From positions 36,254 through 100,253 of IMG/VR virus record IMGVR_UViG_3300012979_000003: a stretch of 64,000 bases of DNA; one strand, written 5' to 3'. This DNA is from a virus (Duplodnaviria; Caudoviricetes). The notes under the pieces are model-generated. The model was not told the DNA's origin and did no database searches. It was given only the letters and a program-made list of their open reading frames with translations. The position numbers and the translations under genes were made by a program. How positions within the stretch are numbered: position 1 is the first letter of the stretch; every line of letters starts with the position of its first letter. This document shows positions 1-10,513 of this stretch, one piece after another.

Positions 1-1
1 T

Positions 2-1675
2 CTTAGTGACGGGGCTATTACAAGTGATGGAACAATCTTTGAATTACAGCTTCATTGCCTTAGAAATATATCGCTATTAGAGAAGAATGGCCAAGTAAAT
101 TACAACCCGATTGATGTCGATTCTGCTTTGCTGCAATATGCATTGAGAGGATTTATGACGTGGAATATTGTAGAAGATATTACAGTCAGCATGAGTGATA
201 TAGTTATGCACAACAACGCTGAAAATAAATGCAAATTAACAATAAATGGCAATGGCCATAAGATTACATTCGCGAATGATGGATTAACGAGGCAGATATG
301 TGATGTTGTAGAACTCAAGAATGTACACATCTATGCTGAGACAGAAGGTAAACAATATTATTGGTATGCGACGGGGCTAAGAGATAGATATAATTGTGAA
401 GTTTATGCCGATAATTGTATCTTTGAAAACTTATACATTGGTGGAACTTACAAATCGTTAAAATACAATGCTTGCAAATTTATAAATTGCTGGCAGATAT
501 ATGGTCATAATGCAGAAGATGCTGATATGAATGGAGAATTAAGTATAGATTCATCAACCTTTGTTCTTGGCAGTATAAATCAAGATAATAAAGCGGCGAT
601 ACAGATTTCGTATTTTGGCAAACTTGGGAGTGCGACAATAACAGGATGCAAATTCATTGATGAATCGGAAGATAGAAGAAGTACAGATTGGGTAGATTGC
701 TACAGTACCCAAAATCTCATAATTACAGGATGTACATTTCAGAGTTACAACGTAGGTAGTGGTGAGGCTGTATTCGTCAATATTAAAGGCCATTCCGAAG
801 CAGCTACATCAGGACAATCGAGCTGGTTAGACACGATTGGAGATACATTCAATTATATTGTAAGCAACAATATTTTCAATATTGAGAGAAAAAAGGCTGA
901 ATATGTTAATATACCGTCATTGATTACAATTCAAAATTATCCGAGATTGGAATCTGTGGCAGGTGAAGAATTTAACAGCAAAAGAAATGCTCAAATTGTG
1001 AATAATATAGTAAGAATAGCGGGCGAGTTTCCATATCCTCAGACAAATTCAAATAACGGTGATGCCAAAGCTGTAACTGTATTCTCCATTGCAGATGGAT
1101 TCAATGAGCTTATAATTTCGGGCAATACTGTGTTTGGAAATGTGCCATTCAAAGAAATTGTTGTTGACGAATCAACAGGAGAAACATTTTCATTGTTTGA
1201 GCGTATCATTTTTATCGAAACATCAAGATACAACGGACCTATATATAAGCAGAGAGTTGAGAATATGGTTGTGAAGAACAATGCGATATTTGCGAAGAGT
1301 ATGGCAGTTATGTTGATTCCATCTATGATATATTACAGCAATTTGACAGACGAGGAGAAGAAGGAAGCCCTGAAGCCTGTACGGAATGTATTTGAAAATA
1401 ATTATGTATTATCTGCGTCTTACAGAACTAATTTCAATTTGTCCACAATACCAACGGCATTTGCAGATGAAAGTAACAAGTTTAAGGGTAATATCTATAT
1501 AAGTGATAGCGATGGTTATACTATCGGAACTGCAAGCAAGCAGTTTAACACCCTTAATAGGCAGGACAAAGACAGTTCTATTGTTCATGCCGTAGGTGAT
1601 TGCCTATTTTCTGACGGAAAGCCTAAGTGGTGGTCAGGAAGTAAATGGGTGGATGCGACTGGTGCTGCTGTTTGA
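2..1675 (+). CDS. Tail fibre/tailspike-like parallel beta-helix protein (5' truncated by window edge)
   Basis: Frame is open from base 2 to TGA 1675. Has repeated beta-helix-like units (ITGCKF, ITGCTF, IVSNNIF, IVNNIV, ISGNTV, VKNNAI) and a C-terminal WWSGSKWVDATG motif of the kind seen in Bacteroidota phage tail proteins. Confidence 0.65.
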   Translation, partial: LSDGAITSDGTIFELQLHCLRNISLLEKNGQVNYNPIDVDSALLQYALRGFMTWNIVEDITVSMSDIVMHNNAENKCKLTINGNGHKITFANDGLTRQICDVVELKNVHIYAETEGKQYYWYATGLRDRYNCEVYADNCIFENLYIGGTYKSLKYNACKFINCWQIYGHNAEDADMNGELSIDSSTFVLGSINQDNKAAIQISYFGKLGSATITGCKFIDESEDRRSTDWVDCYSTQNLIITGCTFQSYNVGSGEAVFVNIKGHSEAATSGQSSWLDTIGDTFNYIVSNNIFNIERKKAEYVNIPSLITIQNYPRLESVAGEEFNSKRNAQIVNNIVRIAGEFPYPQTNSNNGDAKAVTVFSIADGFNELIISGNTVFGNVPFKEIVVDESTGETFSLFERIIFIETSRYNGPIYKQRVENMVVKNNAIFAKSMAVMLIPSMIYYSNLTDEEKKEALKPVRNVFENNYVLSASYRTNFNLSTIPTAFADESNKFKGNIYISDSDGYTIGTASKQFNTLNRQDKDSSIVHAVGDCLFSDGKPKWWSGSKWVDATGAAV

Positions 1676-1692
1676 TTTTAATATGGAAGCGT

Positions 1693-1998
1693 ATGAATGA
1701 CGTGCAAGAATACAAACTGAATGTCCATGTGGAGCCTATTGCGGGCTTCCACATGGATGAATTGGCAATTAAGTGTAAACTTTTTGTCTATCCAAACAAA
1801 ACCGTTGAAGTAGGAAAGGAGACAATGGTAAAGGTGGATAAAGACAACTATGTCATTCCACTGACAGCCGAGCTTGTGAAGAGAGTTGGGAGGGGGCAGT
1901 TGAAGGTCAAGGTAATTGCTGAGATTCCAGACAGTGATTTCCCTGATAATTTGAGGACAGAAATAGCGGAAGTATGCACAGGTATTGTAATCAATTAA
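1693..1998 (+). CDS. Hypothetical protein in tail-fibre cassette
   Basis: ORF 1645-1998; ATG at 1693 preferred because it avoids overlap with the upstream gene. Confidence 0.6.
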   Translation: MNDVQEYKLNVHVEPIAGFHMDELAIKCKLFVYPNKTVEVGKETMVKVDKDNYVIPLTAELVKRVGRGQLKVKVIAEIPDSDFPDNLRTEIAEVCTGIVIN

Positions 1999-2252
1999 AA
2001 GAAGGGTGTCTATCTGTCAAGGTGACACAGATTAGAGACCTTGTTGTGGCGAGAATAGAAGATGTAGGAGAGCATATACGGTGTAAGGCTACTGATGCTG
2101 CTGAACATCTGCAAGTATGTTGCAGCCTTGTATGTGGTGTCAATACTACAGACAAGTATTTGAATGTTACTCCTACGGTGGTATGGCTTACTCCTGATAT
2201 GCTATCAGGTGAGTTTAATATATATAGTAATACAGATTGGGATATTGTTTAA
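1974..2252 (+). CDS. Hypothetical protein with BACON-like C-terminal strands
   Basis: C-terminus YLNVTPTVVWL...FNIYSNTDWDIV resembles the SNTxW ends of BACON-like repeats. Confidence 0.55.
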   Translation: MHRYCNQLKEGCLSVKVTQIRDLVVARIEDVGEHIRCKATDAAEHLQVCCSLVCGVNTTDKYLNVTPTVVWLTPDMLSGEFNIYSNTDWDIV

Positions 2253-2271
2253 CAAATAATAAAAAAAGAAT

Positions 2272-2874
2272 ATGGTAAAAGCAAGTTGGGCGGTGGTAAA
2301 TCCGTCAAGTGGCAGTGGTAATAAGACGGTCAATGTGTCGTCAAGTTCTGAACATACTGGACGTAGTGCAAGAACAACTACGCTGACTATTACGGCGGCG
2401 AATGTTGATGCTAAGACAGTAACGGTAACACAGAGTGGTAAGCCTGTTTATACAGATGTGCAAGATTCTGCAAGTGCGGCTAAATCGGGTCAGAATGTGA
2501 CTATTAGAGGTAAGGCTAACAGCCAGAAATTGACATTCTCGTTGGGATCAGGAACACTTGCTGTTGAGCTACCATCAAGTTATACAGCAGGAGGTGTAAG
2601 CACCAATAATGGCACTAATATTACAGGAGACCCCGGAGCGACCGCAGAGTATGACTTCAGCATTGTGATAAATGTGCCTGAGAATGAGACTATCGAAGAA
2701 CTTACGAGACAAATTATCGTCACTGATGAAGGTGGCAATTCTGACACTTGTCTGTTGACTCAGGCTGTTGGTGATGCTACATTGTCTGTATCTAAGACAA
2801 GTATCGAACTTGATTACACTGGTGCTGCTGTGAGCTTCGACATTACAAGTAATACAAGTTGGACTATCAGCTAA
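2272..2874 (+). CDS. BACON-domain tail protein
   Basis: WAVVNPSSGSGN...HTGRSARTTTLTIT...VTVTQ is a BACON-type Ig pattern; ends ITSNTSWTIS. Confidence 0.75.
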   Translation: MVKASWAVVNPSSGSGNKTVNVSSSSEHTGRSARTTTLTITAANVDAKTVTVTQSGKPVYTDVQDSASAAKSGQNVTIRGKANSQKLTFSLGSGTLAVELPSSYTAGGVSTNNGTNITGDPGATAEYDFSIVINVPENETIEELTRQIIVTDEGGNSDTCLLTQAVGDATLSVSKTSIELDYTGAAVSFDITSNTSWTIS

Positions 2875-2880
2875 TAGCCT

Positions 2881-4338
2881 ATGGTAACAAAGACAGTTGC
2901 ATGGAATAGTGGAAGTGGTGTCATTACCTTGACTTATACAGGTCAGGGTAATGGCTCTGTTTCTGTCAAGAGCGATGCTAATGATAGTTTCGATGAGAGA
3001 AGTCAGAATCTGAATATAGTCACTACTGCTGGTAGTCCTGAGAAGGCTGTACAGGCGCTTGTGAAGCAAGCGGGAAAGCCGCTTGGCTGGACTACTAAGG
3101 ATTTTGATTATACGGGTAGTGTACAGGAGGTCACACTGCCAAAGGGAAGATATAAGTTGCAATGTTGGGGCGCACAAGGAGGTAGTGTGACAGGAACTTA
3201 TGCTGCTACTGGCTCCAAAGGCGGATATTCTGAGGGTATCATTACTTTGACGGAGACTACTACTCTGTATATCTTCGTAGGAGGACAAGGAGCGAGCTAT
3301 ACAAGTGCTGCAAGTCAGACATCCACTACTGTACTTAACGGAGGTTGGAATGGTGGTGGAGCTGGTGTGAGGACATCAAGATATAGCAGTGACGGAGTTG
3401 ATGGAAGGTCATTTCCAAGAGGTGGTGGAGGAGCCACTGACATTGCTATTGTAACATCATCTATGAGTTATCTTAGTGGTAGGACAAACAGAAGTTCACA
3501 ATCGCTATTAAGCAGAATCATAGTTGCTGGCGGAGGTGCTGGCGCAAGTGCAAGCCACACAATAAAGACAACAACGGAGAAAGAGTTAGTCTCAGCTAAA
3601 TTGCTGCCCGTTACAGTATGGTGGACAGACGGAAGCGGAAGAAGATGTGCACAAATACATATTACAGACTTGAGTATTTTCGATTCTTCGTATAGATATG
3701 CGCTACACTCTTCTGTAAGTGATAATGTTTCGCTTGTAACTTTTAATGTGCAAGAAAAACTTGGAGGAGCATTATTAACAGGTCTCAATATAACGCTGGA
3801 TGAACCATTTACTCTTCCTAATATCCCAAGTAATGCTACGTTTGCGCGATTTGACATTAGATATACAAGTGTGTCGGATGAAAGCAGTGTAACAGCCGAA
3901 TTGCTCAAGGAAGTAGTAACTACAGCCGAACAAGAATCATCAAGCAAGTCAACTACTTACCAACATGGCGGTGGTGTTCGCGGGCTTGGTGTATATCCAG
4001 GAAAGGAATCTTCTGCTGGGAATGGGGCTGAATTTGGTAACGGAGCGAACCAAATAACAACCAACTATCGTTATTGCGGAGGTGCTGGAGGTGGAGGCTG
4101 GTATGGCGGTGGCACTAATCATGGAGACAATGATGCAAATTATGTGCAATATAGCGGTGGAGGTTCAGGATTTATCAATACAGCCGCCAATGCGAGTTAC
4201 AGGCCGAGTGGATATACTGGATTGCAGCTTGATAGTGGCAGTACTACGGCAGGAAATAGTTCTCATCCTTCTGTGAGTGGTGGGACGGAAGTAGGGCATA
4301 GTGGTAATGGTTATGCGAGGATAACGGTTATAAACTAA
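2881..4338 (+). CDS. BACON plus glycine-rich (polyglycine-II type) tail/receptor-binding protein
   Basis: N-terminal BACON-like segment, then YKLQCWGAQGG, GGGGATDI, RIIVAGGGAG, GGAGGGGWYGGG and GHSGNGYARIT, all typical glycine-rich domain motifs. Confidence 0.75.
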   Translation: MVTKTVAWNSGSGVITLTYTGQGNGSVSVKSDANDSFDERSQNLNIVTTAGSPEKAVQALVKQAGKPLGWTTKDFDYTGSVQEVTLPKGRYKLQCWGAQGGSVTGTYAATGSKGGYSEGIITLTETTTLYIFVGGQGASYTSAASQTSTTVLNGGWNGGGAGVRTSRYSSDGVDGRSFPRGGGGATDIAIVTSSMSYLSGRTNRSSQSLLSRIIVAGGGAGASASHTIKTTTEKELVSAKLLPVTVWWTDGSGRRCAQIHITDLSIFDSSYRYALHSSVSDNVSLVTFNVQEKLGGALLTGLNITLDEPFTLPNIPSNATFARFDIRYTSVSDESSVTAELLKEVVTTAEQESSSKSTTYQHGGGVRGLGVYPGKESSAGNGAEFGNGANQITTNYRYCGGAGGGGWYGGGTNHGDNDANYVQYSGGGSGFINTAANASYRPSGYTGLQLDSGSTTAGNSSHPSVSGGTEVGHSGNGYARITVIN

Positions 4339-4343
4339 AGAAT

Positions 4344-4967
4344 ATGAGAATAGAAACTACAGAAACAAGTGTAAAGCTCATTGAACATTACGAAGAAAGA
4401 GGTCAATGGGCTGTGCGTTGGGACTTCAAGAAGAAGCCCAACGAGGAGGGTGTATATTTTTATGAGGAGGAAGTGTTCAACTTTATTCCAACAATAGAAG
4501 ACATTCAGCAAGTGATAACAGAGTGGCACAACAAGCAGACTGACGGAGTAATCAAACATGGCTTTGTGTGGAACGGTATCAGTGTATTGCTGACTGACGA
4601 GAACAAGTTCAACTATAAGGCCATCACCGATGAGGCGGCAAGACGTGAGACTGCCATCGCCATTTGGGACAAGGAGCATCCTGAATTAGCTGGGAAAGAT
4701 ATTATTTTTGTGGAAGGTGTAGATGAAGATGGTAATGCTGTTCAGATTGCCGATCCCACAGGAAGACCCCAATCGTTGCTTCCTGTAACGCTGAAACTTG
4801 GAGAGAACAATCTTCCTGAGAATTTCCACACGTTTACAACCTTGTCTGAATTGCAGGATTTCTTCAGTGCTGGTGTTGACCATTTGATTAGCGCGTATTG
4901 GGCAGGATGGTACAAGATTGCCACGTTCGATTGGATACCGTACGTTAGATCACTAGACCAACTGTAA
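4344..4967 (+). CDS. Tail fibre assembly-like protein (DUF4376-like)
   Basis: Directly follows the fibre gene; contains a GFVWNGISVLLTDENKFNYKA motif. Confidence 0.5.
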   Translation: MRIETTETSVKLIEHYEERGQWAVRWDFKKKPNEEGVYFYEEEVFNFIPTIEDIQQVITEWHNKQTDGVIKHGFVWNGISVLLTDENKFNYKAITDEAARRETAIAIWDKEHPELAGKDIIFVEGVDEDGNAVQIADPTGRPQSLLPVTLKLGENNLPENFHTFTTLSELQDFFSAGVDHLISAYWAGWYKIATFDWIPYVRSLDQL

Positions 4968-4991
4968 GCAAAGTGCGTAATGATGTGAAGT

Positions 4992-5423
4992 ATGAAAATT
5001 GTTGTTTGTAGGTTTTACAAAGGACCTAAATATACTGTAGGTAAATTGTATATAGATAATAAATACATCTGTGATACAATGGAAGACAAAGATAGAGGTC
5101 TGACTCAAGATATGCCTTTGACTGAAATAAAGAAGAAGAAAGTATATAGTCAGACAGCCATACCTACAGGTACATACAAAGTAATCGTTAATAATTCACC
5201 TAAGTTTAAACGCAACCTGCCTAGACTACTTAATGTGCCCGGGTTTGATGGCATTCTCATTCATAGAGGTAATACTCACGTTGATTCAGCAGGCTGTATA
5301 CTTGTTGGTGAGAATAGGCTGGTTGGTAAAGTAATTAACTCTACCAAATATGAAAAACTGATAACAGAGCTGCTTACCGCAGCATAGAATAGAAATGAAG
5401 AAATAACAATAACAATAAAATGA
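4992..5423 (+). CDS. DUF5675-family protein, putative endolysin/peptidase (one recoded TAG at 5385-5387)
   Basis: TAIPTGTY, VPGFDGILIHRGNTHVDSAGCILVG motifs. Reading through TAG gives ..ELLTAA-Q-NRNEEITITIK-TGA, whose stop overlaps the next ATG (ATGA 5420-5423). Confidence 0.75.
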
Positions 5424-6343
5424 AAACATTACAAAAGACATATACGGGCAAGTATGCCTCTAATCACTTAGAGTTTGATTATTGGATTGACTTAACTGCT
5501 GACGCAAAGGGTTCTGTTATAAAGACTTATAGTGGAATGGGTTGGACAGAGATAAGTGGTAGTTCTGGCGGATCTGATGGTAGCGGTATGAGTAGTACTA
5601 CATCAAGGTTGTTAATATCAATCTTACGCAACGGTGTATATGACTCAGACATGTCTTCTGCGATAAATGATTTGGAGAAACAGCTGAGTGTGTAGAGTAA
5701 CAGAACTTTAATCAGTATATCTGCTTTATACTCTGGTGGAGAAGTTCCAGTAGGTACAGCCGTCGGTAATCTGAAAGACTTGATTGTGACAGCCCACTAT
5801 TCAGATGGAACAAAGGAAGACATAACAAATTATACAATACTTGGTGAAATTGTAAAAGGTGACAATACCATTACGGTTGAGTATCAGGGGAAAACTGCAA
5901 CATTTGTGGTAGTTGGGATATCTGTAGAATTAACCGGCATAGCGTTGGGTGCAAGTGTTTCATTTGAAAGTTCCAACGGAATGACTATTTCAAATAGAAC
6001 AGATCGTGCCACAGCATTGCCGGTGGGATAGTATTTAACAAAAGGTAAGACTTACAATTTTAGTCTTGGTGAGTTCAGTGACGATTATAGTTACGGAATT
6101 CAAATAATGGTTGTATCCTCAAAAGGTTTGGTATTTGAGATAGACGATATTGAAGGCATTCAATACTTCCCAGAAGTATCTTCTCGTGAATTAGATTCTG
6201 GTTGGCTGACTGCCGATTATCAGTACCCCGCTACTAAAGATAACAGAATATTGTGTATTAATTTTAAGAAGAACGCAGGCGGTAACTTTTCAGAAACAGA
6301 TAGGATAAATCTCATTAATAACTTTAAGATAGAAGAAGTATAA
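5420..6343 (+). CDS. Virion protein with bacterial Ig-like domain (TAG-recoded)
   Basis: ORF-track pieces 5420, 5780 and 6107 are in one frame separated only by TAG. LIVTAHYSDGTKEDITNYTI is an Ig-like signature. Confidence 0.75.
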
Positions 6344-6345
6344 TC

Positions 6346-7182
6346 ATGGTAGATTTTTTCAATGGCACAGGTGATCAGATAAGATTAAATGAAACCGTTA
6401 ACCAGAAGACTAATGCGATTAACTCTATTAACATAGAATATGGTCGTGCAAATAATTCCAGCTATTACTTGATTCGCATACCAAAGTATACCATAGATGG
6501 TAAACACATTGTACCCAAAGTGGCAATTACTTCTGAAGACGGCAGTGTTGGCGGTGCGAAAGTGTCTGCGTTAGATTTTGCAAAACGCGAGAACACTGTA
6601 TTTACTTTGAATGCTGGATTGTTTAACACATCTTCTATGAAACCTCAAGGGTAGACCATTATTGATGGAGTGTCTATAACAAACACCCCAATGGAAGACG
6701 ATATGGGTACCGCGATTGCTGACGATGAGTGTTATCCGTTATGCATTGATAAAAATGGTGATTTGTCTGCACCATATGAACGTAGTGTTGACACATCTGC
6801 CATGATTGCGGATGGTGTTAAGTATGCGGTGACCGCCTGGGGTCAATTTATTGAGAATTATGCAAAAGCTGATTCTAGTAAGTTTGATGAAATAGTACAT
6901 GCTGGCGCATATGTTCGTCAAAGCATTGGTTAGTTTCAAAATGGAGACTATTTCGTATGTACATGTGACGCGAAGAAAGGTAGTATTACTACTAATGAAT
7001 CCGGTATGACATATGATCAACTGGCTGATCTGCTGATAGCAAAAGGGGTAAAGTTTGCTTATTCTCTCGATGGGGGAGGCAGTGCAGAAACAGTAATTGG
7101 AAATAGACAAATAAATCCGATATTTGAAGGTGTGTCTGGTAGGAAAGTTCCAACAGTCATTTATTTCGAAGTTGTTGAATAA
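6346..7182 (+). CDS. Phosphodiester glycosidase (NAGPA/DUF2233-like) family protein (TAG-recoded)
   Basis: Single frame through TAGs at 6652 and 6931 to TAA 7180-7182. Motifs NAGLF, RQSIG, AYSLDGGGS, RKVPT. Confidence 0.8.
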
Positions 7183-7208
7183 CAACGGCTATTACTGAAC
7201 AATAAACA

Positions 7209-7270
7209 GAAAGTCGCGCTAGCAACATAATTTAACATACTTCGTTAACATGTTACTTTCAGCGACTTTC
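7209..7270. other. Long imperfect hairpin upstream of holin
   Basis: GAAAGTCGC (7209-7217) pairs with GCGACTTTC (7262-7270), with inner AGCAACAT/ATGTTACT and TTAAC/GTTAA pairings. Confidence 0.55.
7222..7247 (+). promoter_or_regulatory. Putative ECF-type promoter GCAAC-N16-CGTTA upstream of holin
   Basis: Same bipartite motif and 16-nt spacing as at 47841-47866 (-) and 63224-63249 (+). Confidence 0.55.
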
Positions 7271-7289
7271 AGATATTTATAAATAAGAA

Positions 7290-7775
7290 ATGGTACATAA
7301 TGTAGGAGAGACAACAATGACACTAGTAAAGAGTATATTTGCATCTCCAGATCGGTTGCTCGGGTGTCTATGTTCAGGAATCATTTCTTTGTTTGCCCCT
7401 ATCTACATTGCAATCTTATCAGCCTTTTTCTTTATAATTGCTGATTGGGTTTACGGATATAAGGTCTCAAAGAAATACAAACGACGGAAGATAGAATCGA
7501 GCAAGATATGGAAGACAATAAATAAGATGACTGAAGCAGTCATGCTTATTGTTGGAGCTCATATAGTTGATTCATTTGTTGTAGTATCGTTAGACCTACA
7601 TGCCGTAGAGTTTGTGGCCGGACTAATATGTTTCACTGAATTCTGGTCAGTACTTGAATCACTCAGTGATTTGCATCCAAAAGGTCCGTGGAGACTATTA
7701 AAGAAAGTTATCAAAGCAAAGGGTGAAAAATACCTGGAAGTAGATATATCAGACAAAGACTTACAGAACCTATGA
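7290..7775 (+). CDS. Holin
   Basis: Multiple hydrophobic helices, ICFTEFWSVLES motif, charged C-terminus; located in the lysis cassette. Confidence 0.7.
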   Translation: MVHNVGETTMTLVKSIFASPDRLLGCLCSGIISLFAPIYIAILSAFFFIIADWVYGYKVSKKYKRRKIESSKIWKTINKMTEAVMLIVGAHIVDSFVVVSLDLHAVEFVAGLICFTEFWSVLESLSDLHPKGPWRLLKKVIKAKGEKYLEVDISDKDLQNL

Positions 7776-8401
7776 CAGTATTATCAGTGTTAAGGTCCTT
7801 TCATAATAATTTCAAAATAATCGCAGTAATTATCATATCGGTATTATCTGCGATTATTTTTTTACAGAAAGGTACCATCGAAAGAAAAGATGCAGAGATA
7901 GCTAGACAGGCAAACAATATTGCCTACTACTAGGATCAATGTTCTACGGAAAAGTAGAATAACAAAATACTACAACTGACTATTGATGAGCTACACTATA
8001 GTAAAGATAGTATTTTACAAGAAATTAACAAAGTAAAAGAAGAACTTAAAATCAAAGATAAAAGCCTTAAACGGGCACTCACTGTCCAAACACATATGAC
8101 AGATACTATCAGAGATACTGTAACTTTGGCTTGTAATTTCACCAAAGAACTTAAACCTAATTTACAGACAACTATCACAGTTATTAGGGAAGACTCAAAC
8201 TTGACTGTAATACCAGATATAAAGAACGAACAATACTTATTTGTAACTAGTGAACGTAAATACAGACGTAAGTACAAGAACTTTATATCACGACTTTTAC
8301 ACTTTGATTTTAAAAAAACTACTGCATATGAATATCAAATTGTAAACAGTAACGATCTCATAAACATAACAGATAGTAAGGTAGTTGAAATATCACATTG
8401 A
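7772..8401 (+). CDS. Spanin-like membrane-anchored coiled-coil protein (TAG-recoded)
   Basis: ATGA overlap with holin stop. N-terminal TM helix (IIAVIIISVLSAIIFL) followed by coiled coil; two in-frame TAGs; in frame with ORF 8096-8401. Confidence 0.6.
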
Positions 8402-8429
8402 GTATTAATCAACTTAATTAATCAATAAT

Positions 8430-9020
8430 ATGAAAGAGAGAATGTTTAAAAAGCATATGTACGAACATGGTCCTCATTTCGACGAGAAACTAGCTCGTAA
8501 AGCAGTAGAACATATGAAAAATGAAGACGGTACTCACGGAGAACACTGGTCTATGGAACAAGCTCATAAGCTTGCAGAACAGTACGGTGTTAACGTGAAG
8601 GGTGACTTCAATAAGTATGACTGGTATGTTGCTTTGAACATGGTATACTCAGACTTCTACAGGGCAGTTGTTACTTTAACTGGTAGCAACAACCCAAAAG
8701 CATTCGTTGAACTTGCTAAGGCTTGGTTGATGGATAAAGACGTAGATGAGGGTAAGATGTGGTATTACTACTCATTTGTCATCTGCGATAAACTCCGTGA
8801 ATGTTTTGAGGAGGAAGATGACGAAGAATATGATGATGAAGAAGAATACGGCTTCGGATCAAAACACCGTAGAGGTGGTCGTAGAGGCGGTATGAGAATG
8901 CGTGGTGACATGTATGGAGATACATCATATCGAATGGGTAGTCGTAGACGTCACAACATGTATGAAGACTATGACGACGATGACGATGATGACGTATATG
9001 AAATTCGTCATAAAAGATAA
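8430..9020 (+). CDS. Hypothetical protein with acidic/RGG low-complexity tail
   Basis: Intact ORF; HGPHF and YDWYVALNMVYSD core, then D/E tracts and RRGGRRGG. Confidence 0.75.
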   Translation: MKERMFKKHMYEHGPHFDEKLARKAVEHMKNEDGTHGEHWSMEQAHKLAEQYGVNVKGDFNKYDWYVALNMVYSDFYRAVVTLTGSNNPKAFVELAKAWLMDKDVDEGKMWYYYSFVICDKLRECFEEEDDEEYDDEEEYGFGSKHRRGGRRGGMRMRGDMYGDTSYRMGSRRRHNMYEDYDDDDDDDVYEIRHKR

Positions 9021-9055
9021 TCAAAAATTAATTTAATCAATAAAAACTTACAATT

Positions 9056-9907
9056 ATGGTAGAAGATAGAATTTATGTAGATCGTGGTTTGGATGCCGGA
9101 ACTGCGGCATTACTTAACCAACACGGAAATGGATTTGGTAACGATCCTTGGGCTGCTATGGCCATGATGAATGGCGGTATGGGTGGCATGAACGCAATGT
9201 GGAATAACCCCATGATGTACCTCGTATGGTTAGCCGTACTTGGTCGTGGTGGATTCGGTGGATACGGCTACGGCAACGAAGGCAATGGATGTGGCTGTTG
9301 CGACTGTATCCAATCTCAGTTGGCATCTATCCAGTCAACAATGGCTGACAATCAGAATACAGGTCTGTTGATGGATGCAATCAAGGGTAACGCTTCTGTT
9401 ATCGGCGATTTGGCTACTAGCCTTAACTGTGACTTCAACGCTTTGAACAGCGGTATCTGTGCAATTCAGTCTGCAATTCAGAACGTAGCTGCTCAGACTG
9501 GTTTCTCTGCAGAGCGTATTATCAACGCTGTTAACCAGGGCGATTGTGGTGTAATCCAAGCTATCAAAGACTGCTGCTGCAATACTCAACAGTCTATTTT
9601 GAAGATGGGTTACGAGAACCAGCTCGCTAACTGCAACCAGACTAATACCCTCATCGGAGCAATCAATGGCGTAAACACTGGTCTTGAACGTGGTTTCTCT
9701 AGCGTAGCTTATGAAACTTAGAATCAGACTTGTCAGCTGTTGAAGGCTAGTCAGGATAACACACAGCGTATTGTGGATGTATTAAATAGCCACTGGAATC
9801 AAGAACTGCAGCAGAAGTACGATTCAGCTCGTCTCGAGTTGTCTCAGCTTCGTCAGAACGCAGTATTGATTGAGGCTCTTCGTCCTACGACTACAACTGC
9901 AGCCTAA
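9056..9907 (+). CDS. Gly/Asn/Cys-rich (CCCN) probable virion protein (one recoded TAG)
   Basis: Frame continues past TAG 9719-9721 to TAA 9905-9907, immediately before a terminator. Confidence 0.7.
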
Positions 9908-9920
9908 TCTATATATTAAC

Positions 9921-9951
9921 AAGGGCTACTTCGGTAGCCCTTTCACTTTTT
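9921..9951 (+). terminator. Rho-independent terminator with cUUCGg loop
   Basis: AAGGGCTAC-TTCG-GTAGCCCTT followed by TCACTTTTT. Confidence 0.8.
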
Positions 9952-9955
9952 AATC

Positions 9956-10405
9956 ATGAATTTCAAAGACTTAAAAGTAGGCAATCCGGTTTATATACTT
10001 GAGAGTGCCGGTACATTCTTAAAGACGAATGTATATTATGTTGGTACAGTTTCCAACATTGGTGGGGTGTATGATGATAACACCATCAATAATCCTTACT
10101 TGTCTCCATCACTTAAAAAGAAATTAATAGACATAACCGTAAGTTGCAATGGTATATCCAAGAAACTTACTGTAAATGCCGACAAAGATATAATGTGTGA
10201 TGCTGCAATCGGTTTGACGATTGCTACTAACAAATAGCAATTGGTTAATCAAGTAACCAGTTTGTATAGGGACTGTGAATAGAAGATAGCATCTATTGAA
10301 TATTATAAGACAGAAGCTGACAAATGTAAACGAATCCTAGACCAACTGAAATCAGATGATCCTATTTCACAAGAGATTGAACATGATAGTATAAAGGTAG
10401 ACTAA
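9956..10405 (+). CDS. Hypothetical protein (TAG-recoded)
   Basis: Reads through TAGs to TAA 10403-10405, which lies in the loop of the next terminator. Confidence 0.7.
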
Positions 10406-10419
10406 GGTCTACCTTTTTT
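10393..10419 (+). terminator. Rho-independent terminator
   Basis: AAAGGTAGAC-TAAG-GTCTACCTTT followed by TTT. Confidence 0.8.
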
Positions 10420-10513
10420 GTTATAAGGGCTATAACAATTGTATTAGTGGTTGATGACCAAATTACTTTTTATGGTTTTTTACGTTACGCTATTATATTA
10501 ATATATTATAGTC

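Noticed and set aside
2575-3288. 237-aa antisense ORF and the many other opposite-strand ORFs in the track
   Set aside because: These are shadows of well-supported genes and show no recognisable motifs.
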